The translations under genes and the position numbers were made by a program. Below are positions 60,401 to 64,000 of a stretch of 64,000 bases of DNA, piece after piece. The stretch comes from Gekko japonicus (lineage: Eukaryota): NCBI RefSeq assembly GCF_001447785.1, contig NW_015169789.1, positions 886,393-950,392 on the forward strand, in the 5' to 3' direction. Every line of letters begins with the position of its first letter. The first letter of the stretch is position 1. Below the pieces are notes generated by a model. That model saw nothing but the letters and a program-made list of their open reading frames with translations. It was not told the DNA's origin and ran no database searches.

Positions 60401-63356
60401 AGATTCTGAATGTGATGTGCCCAGAATGATGCCATGATCCTCCTGAAATGAAAGAAGGTCAATTTTCTCAAGAATATTTTCAGTATACAGTCTCATCCTT
60501 CTTGCTCCACACAGCTTGACGGGAACAAACACACTCTAGCAAATGGGAGAGGGCAGTAGCAGGTGTCACTGAGGTCAGATATCGGTCTTAACGGACTGCC
60601 CATGCAAATCATTTGGTATAATTTTCACCACACTCTCTCTGTTCTCAGACATAACATCTTACAACAATCCTCCAACATGTTTGGACTCCACACTCTAAAC
60701 TTTCATTCCGTTTCATGCTCATCTAAAGCACACCTTTGCAGCAGCCCGTGCTCCCACTGGAGAGTTTATTGTTACATAGTAATGGGAACTATTCTGTTCT
60801 TCCTCCCAACAAATAGGAACCTAGTGACACCCGAGCCTGTGCTGTAGCCAAGGAATCCACTAGGACTCAAGAGTTCTAGACATCTGAACAACTCATGATA
60901 AATATACGTTCATTTTCTGACACCTCACACTAATATTAATATAACACAATGTCAAAGGCACACAAGAACAGTGTAATTTGGCAGCAAGTGGGCCTGCAAA
61001 TCTGATGGTGACACAGTAATTCTGATAAAACAGTCTGTGAAAAAAGGAGTTTCAGATGGGGGGGGGGGCTGAATCTCCAAACCACAGTCTTGAGAATGGG
61101 GAAGCCAACATTATCTGGCAAAAGTGAAAAGGAAAACCCTGTCTGTGCCCCAGAAAAGTACGGTAGGATATCATAGTGTTTCCATTTCATAAAACCTTTT
61201 CACGAGCTATATTCTGCATAGTACTCGAGTTCTGACTATTCCCTCCCCTTTCATTTCCTTTTAGTTACACACGCACCACCTGCCTTTTAGTGCGATATTG
61301 CCCAGGACACAGCTGGTGTAGTCTGCACCTGATCTCACCTAGTGCTGCTGCTTGAGACAGAGATTATCAGAAACATGGTTCTTGAAAGATTGCTGGAGGT
61401 ATTGGCAGGCAGGTGCACTTACTTGCATGCTTGTATTGCTCACAAGGAACTGGTCTGGCCCGCTTTTGAAGAGGCATATGGGAAGCCTTCCTTGTAGACA
61501 CCTACACTGGCATGTCAAATAACATGCACACCTTTGCAAAGGGATCTGTTGGTGAGGAAGGCCTTTGACATCCTGTGTTGAATGGCAGGTTAGAATACTC
61601 CCTTGCCAGATAATCTACTTGTATGGAAGCAGGTCCAGGGACTGTTTGTCACTTATTACCCCACTAGTATTTTTGTGTTTTGATCATGAACACGCACAGA
61701 GCAATACAGGAACAAAGATGGACAAAGGAGAGACAACAGAATACAAATCAACACTGAACAACATGGAATAAGGGACAGCATTCAGTCATGGAAAAATACT
61801 CTCCATCCCACAAATACACTCAACGCTTTCTGCAGGCTCATTTGCTATTCTCCTTTTGCCCCTTCAAAGCTGCTTCCTTCTCCTTCAGTAATCTCCCCCC
61901 CCAAACATACTTTCTTTGGATCACTCCAGCCTCACTTGTTCTGCATTCTGCTACCCTTCTTCTTATTCCTTTGCCAGGCCCTAGCTCTTTACCCCACCCC
62001 CCCCTTGCCCTTTCACATTTATCTTGTCTTGCCCTCCAGGTGATTATTATGTTATTTCTGCATTCCACACAGTCTAAGACATTCTGTGCTCTTGGTGGCT
62101 GCACCACAAATTTTGAGAGGTGCAGGCCCAGAAATGCTGGATCGCAACTTTTGGATAGCATGCACATCTGGACACAATTTAAAGTTTTATGCCTTGGTGC
62201 TCTCTGCGTTATTGCAAAGGTTCCTGTGCCCTCTTTTTTAGATTGTATGGTGCTTGGCTTACTTGTGCAGTCACGCTGGCCCCTATGCATGGTGCCTTAG
62301 ACATAGCTTGTATGAAGTTAATGCTAACTATTACTAGGGAGCTCATTCTGCCACAGAAAAGTGAGTTTGTTCACTGCTAGAAATATTTGTCAAAATCTAC
62401 CAGCTGCCAATTGGCCCCTAAGATTTCCATGAAGGCTGTATGCAATCTTATTTTTCTGTGTAGCACATGCAGCTTCTTTCTCTTCTATGCACTGAACTGC
62501 ATAGGAATCCTGTCCTCTACAAAGTGGCTTAGTTTGCCTCTAGAAGGATGTACTTAGAAACAAGCAGGAGTGAGAAGGGTTTCCCTGCAGGGCAAGCTCT
62601 ACTTCTCCCCTGTTTCACTCTTGTACTAGCATGCTGCACCTGGCACCAGAGAGAAAACAAATGGAAAGATTTGGAAGGGAGGGGCAACAGGAAAGCTCCT
62701 CCCCAAATAAAGATAAATAATTTATTTACAACTGCTTATCCTAAGTCTTTGTTTCTATGTCACTCTGAAATTGGCCTGGAATTTGGGGCGGGGGAATCTT
62801 CATTACTGACACAGTGATCAGCCAGTCGACATGGGGCATGATCTTTTATGACTAGTACAAGGATGGGCCAATCAGTGCTGTGCAAATTTGGCTTCACTCC
62901 CAAGATGAAGAGAAAAATATGAGTCCCCTGCATCCAGTCCCTACTGGGCAGAAGAATTTATCTCTGTTACATCTGTGGTGAATGCACTTCCACAGTGGGC
63001 TCATCACTGAATTTATGCACATGTATACACAATGTTACTCAAGTCACATGTGTTTCTGATATTCATTGCGTATTTAACTGGTGAGAACTGATGAGGCTCT
63101 TTACAGTTTCTTTACCTGCCAAAACTTGTAAAGTGAGCAAGTGATGGTATTATTGTCATGAATATTCAAATGTGCTTTGTTAGTCTTCCTGTTCAAGTAG
63201 CTCCGTCCCTCATTCATGCCCTGAGAATATACCAGTCAGTTTTTCTGCCAAGTTTGAATCCTGGGATATTTCAATTGCCCTGAAGGATCAGTGTGTGCCT
63301 ACGATGCAGAAAAGAGGTGAGCAACTTGTTCAGTGTGCAAAACTGTGGCAGACATC

Positions 63357-63590
63357 CGTTTGGTGTAGTGGTTAAGTACGCAGACTCTAATTTGGGAGAA
63401 CCGGGTTTGATTCCCCACTCCTCCACTCGCAGCTGCTGGATGACCTTGGGCAAGCCATAGTTCTGTCAGAGCTCTCTCAGCCCCACCTACCTCACAGGGT
63501 GTCTGTTGTGGGGAGGGGAAGGGAAAGGAGTTTGTAAGACGCTTTGAGACTCCGAGTGAAGGGCAGGGTATAAATCCAATCTCCTCCTTT
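63357..63590 (+). mobile_element. tRNA-derived SINE with L2-type tail (Squam2-like)
   Basis: Highly similar to the reverse complement of 44862-45137. Confidence 0.85.
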
Positions 63591-63601
63591 ATTATATAGT
63601 A

Positions 63602-63645
63602 CTAGCAGTAAAGCCCGTTGTGAAAGCAATACAACGGGATCTAGA
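63602..63645 (-). mobile_element. Isolated Helitron 3' terminus
   Basis: The minus strand reads cccgttgt-9 nt-acaacggg (hairpin), 8 nt, then CTAG|T. Confidence 0.6.
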
Positions 63646-63724
63646 AAGAGGCTCTGGGGCAGTGCTCTGGCTTTGGGCAAACAGTGTCAATTTGCTGTGG
63701 TGACCTTAGCAGGGTATAATGACA

Positions 63725-63968
63725 GAGTCCACTGTTTTCTCCAGAGGAACTGATCTCTGCTACCTGAAGAGCAGTTGTAATTGTGAGTAATCTGTAGCCC
63801 TCACCTGGAGATTGGCAACAATTGTTACCCAGGACAAAATGGCTGGTTTGGAGGGTGGAGTCTATGGCATTCTACCTGTCTGAGGTCCCACCCCTCTGCA
63901 AACCCCACCCTCTCCAGGCTCCACCCCTCAAATCCCCAGGAATTTGTCAGCATGTAGTTGGCAACCCC
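63725..63968. mobile_element. Fragments of the TAGGGTTGCCA-family MITE
   Basis: Shares ttttctccag.ggaactgatctctg and the gttggcaaccc end with the copies at 21898 and 23123. Confidence 0.65.
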
Positions 63969-64000
63969 ATCTCCTTCCCAGCTAGCCACCAACCTACCAT

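Noticed and set aside
61424-61501. Possible minus-strand exon ending CAA|GTAAGT
   Set aside because: The acceptor is weak and there is no other support.
1-64000. RBFOX autoregulatory UGCAUG cluster, CRISPR array or prokaryotic operon
   Set aside because: No GCATG cluster is evident beside either exon, there are no spacer-repeat arrays, and the sequence is clearly a vertebrate intron.

Overview
This is vertebrate DNA, most likely from a lizard or gecko judging by its Sauria/Squam-type SINEs, not prokaryotic DNA. Most of the window is one ~54.5-kb intron of RBFOX3 (NeuN), transcribed on the minus strand. The 255-nt exon encoding [18 protein letters not shown]...QTVP lies at 843-1097. An alternative coding first exon (MLCSMANSGC...FLYLQQ, perfect CAG|GTAAGT donor, TATA-like box upstream) lies at 55603-55704 and splices in frame to it. 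The intron is dense in transposable elements: an L1 ORF2 fragment, several L2 and CR1 LINE pieces, tRNA-, 5S- and Sauria-type SINEs, hAT and Harbinger-like MITEs, Helitron termini and Penelope remnants. The most unusual element is a 5'-truncated Ngaro-type (DIRS order) retrotransposon at 13277-16971. Its RT/RNase H is dead, but its tyrosine recombinase and SGNH hydrolase frames are uninterrupted. The hydrolase has no upstream ATG and sits behind a strong splice acceptor on the host-gene strand, and the whole element is bracketed by a 108/128-bp direct duplication of host DNA. Most short ORFs in the six-frame track are noise. All family names come from recognising motifs by eye; no database search was run.
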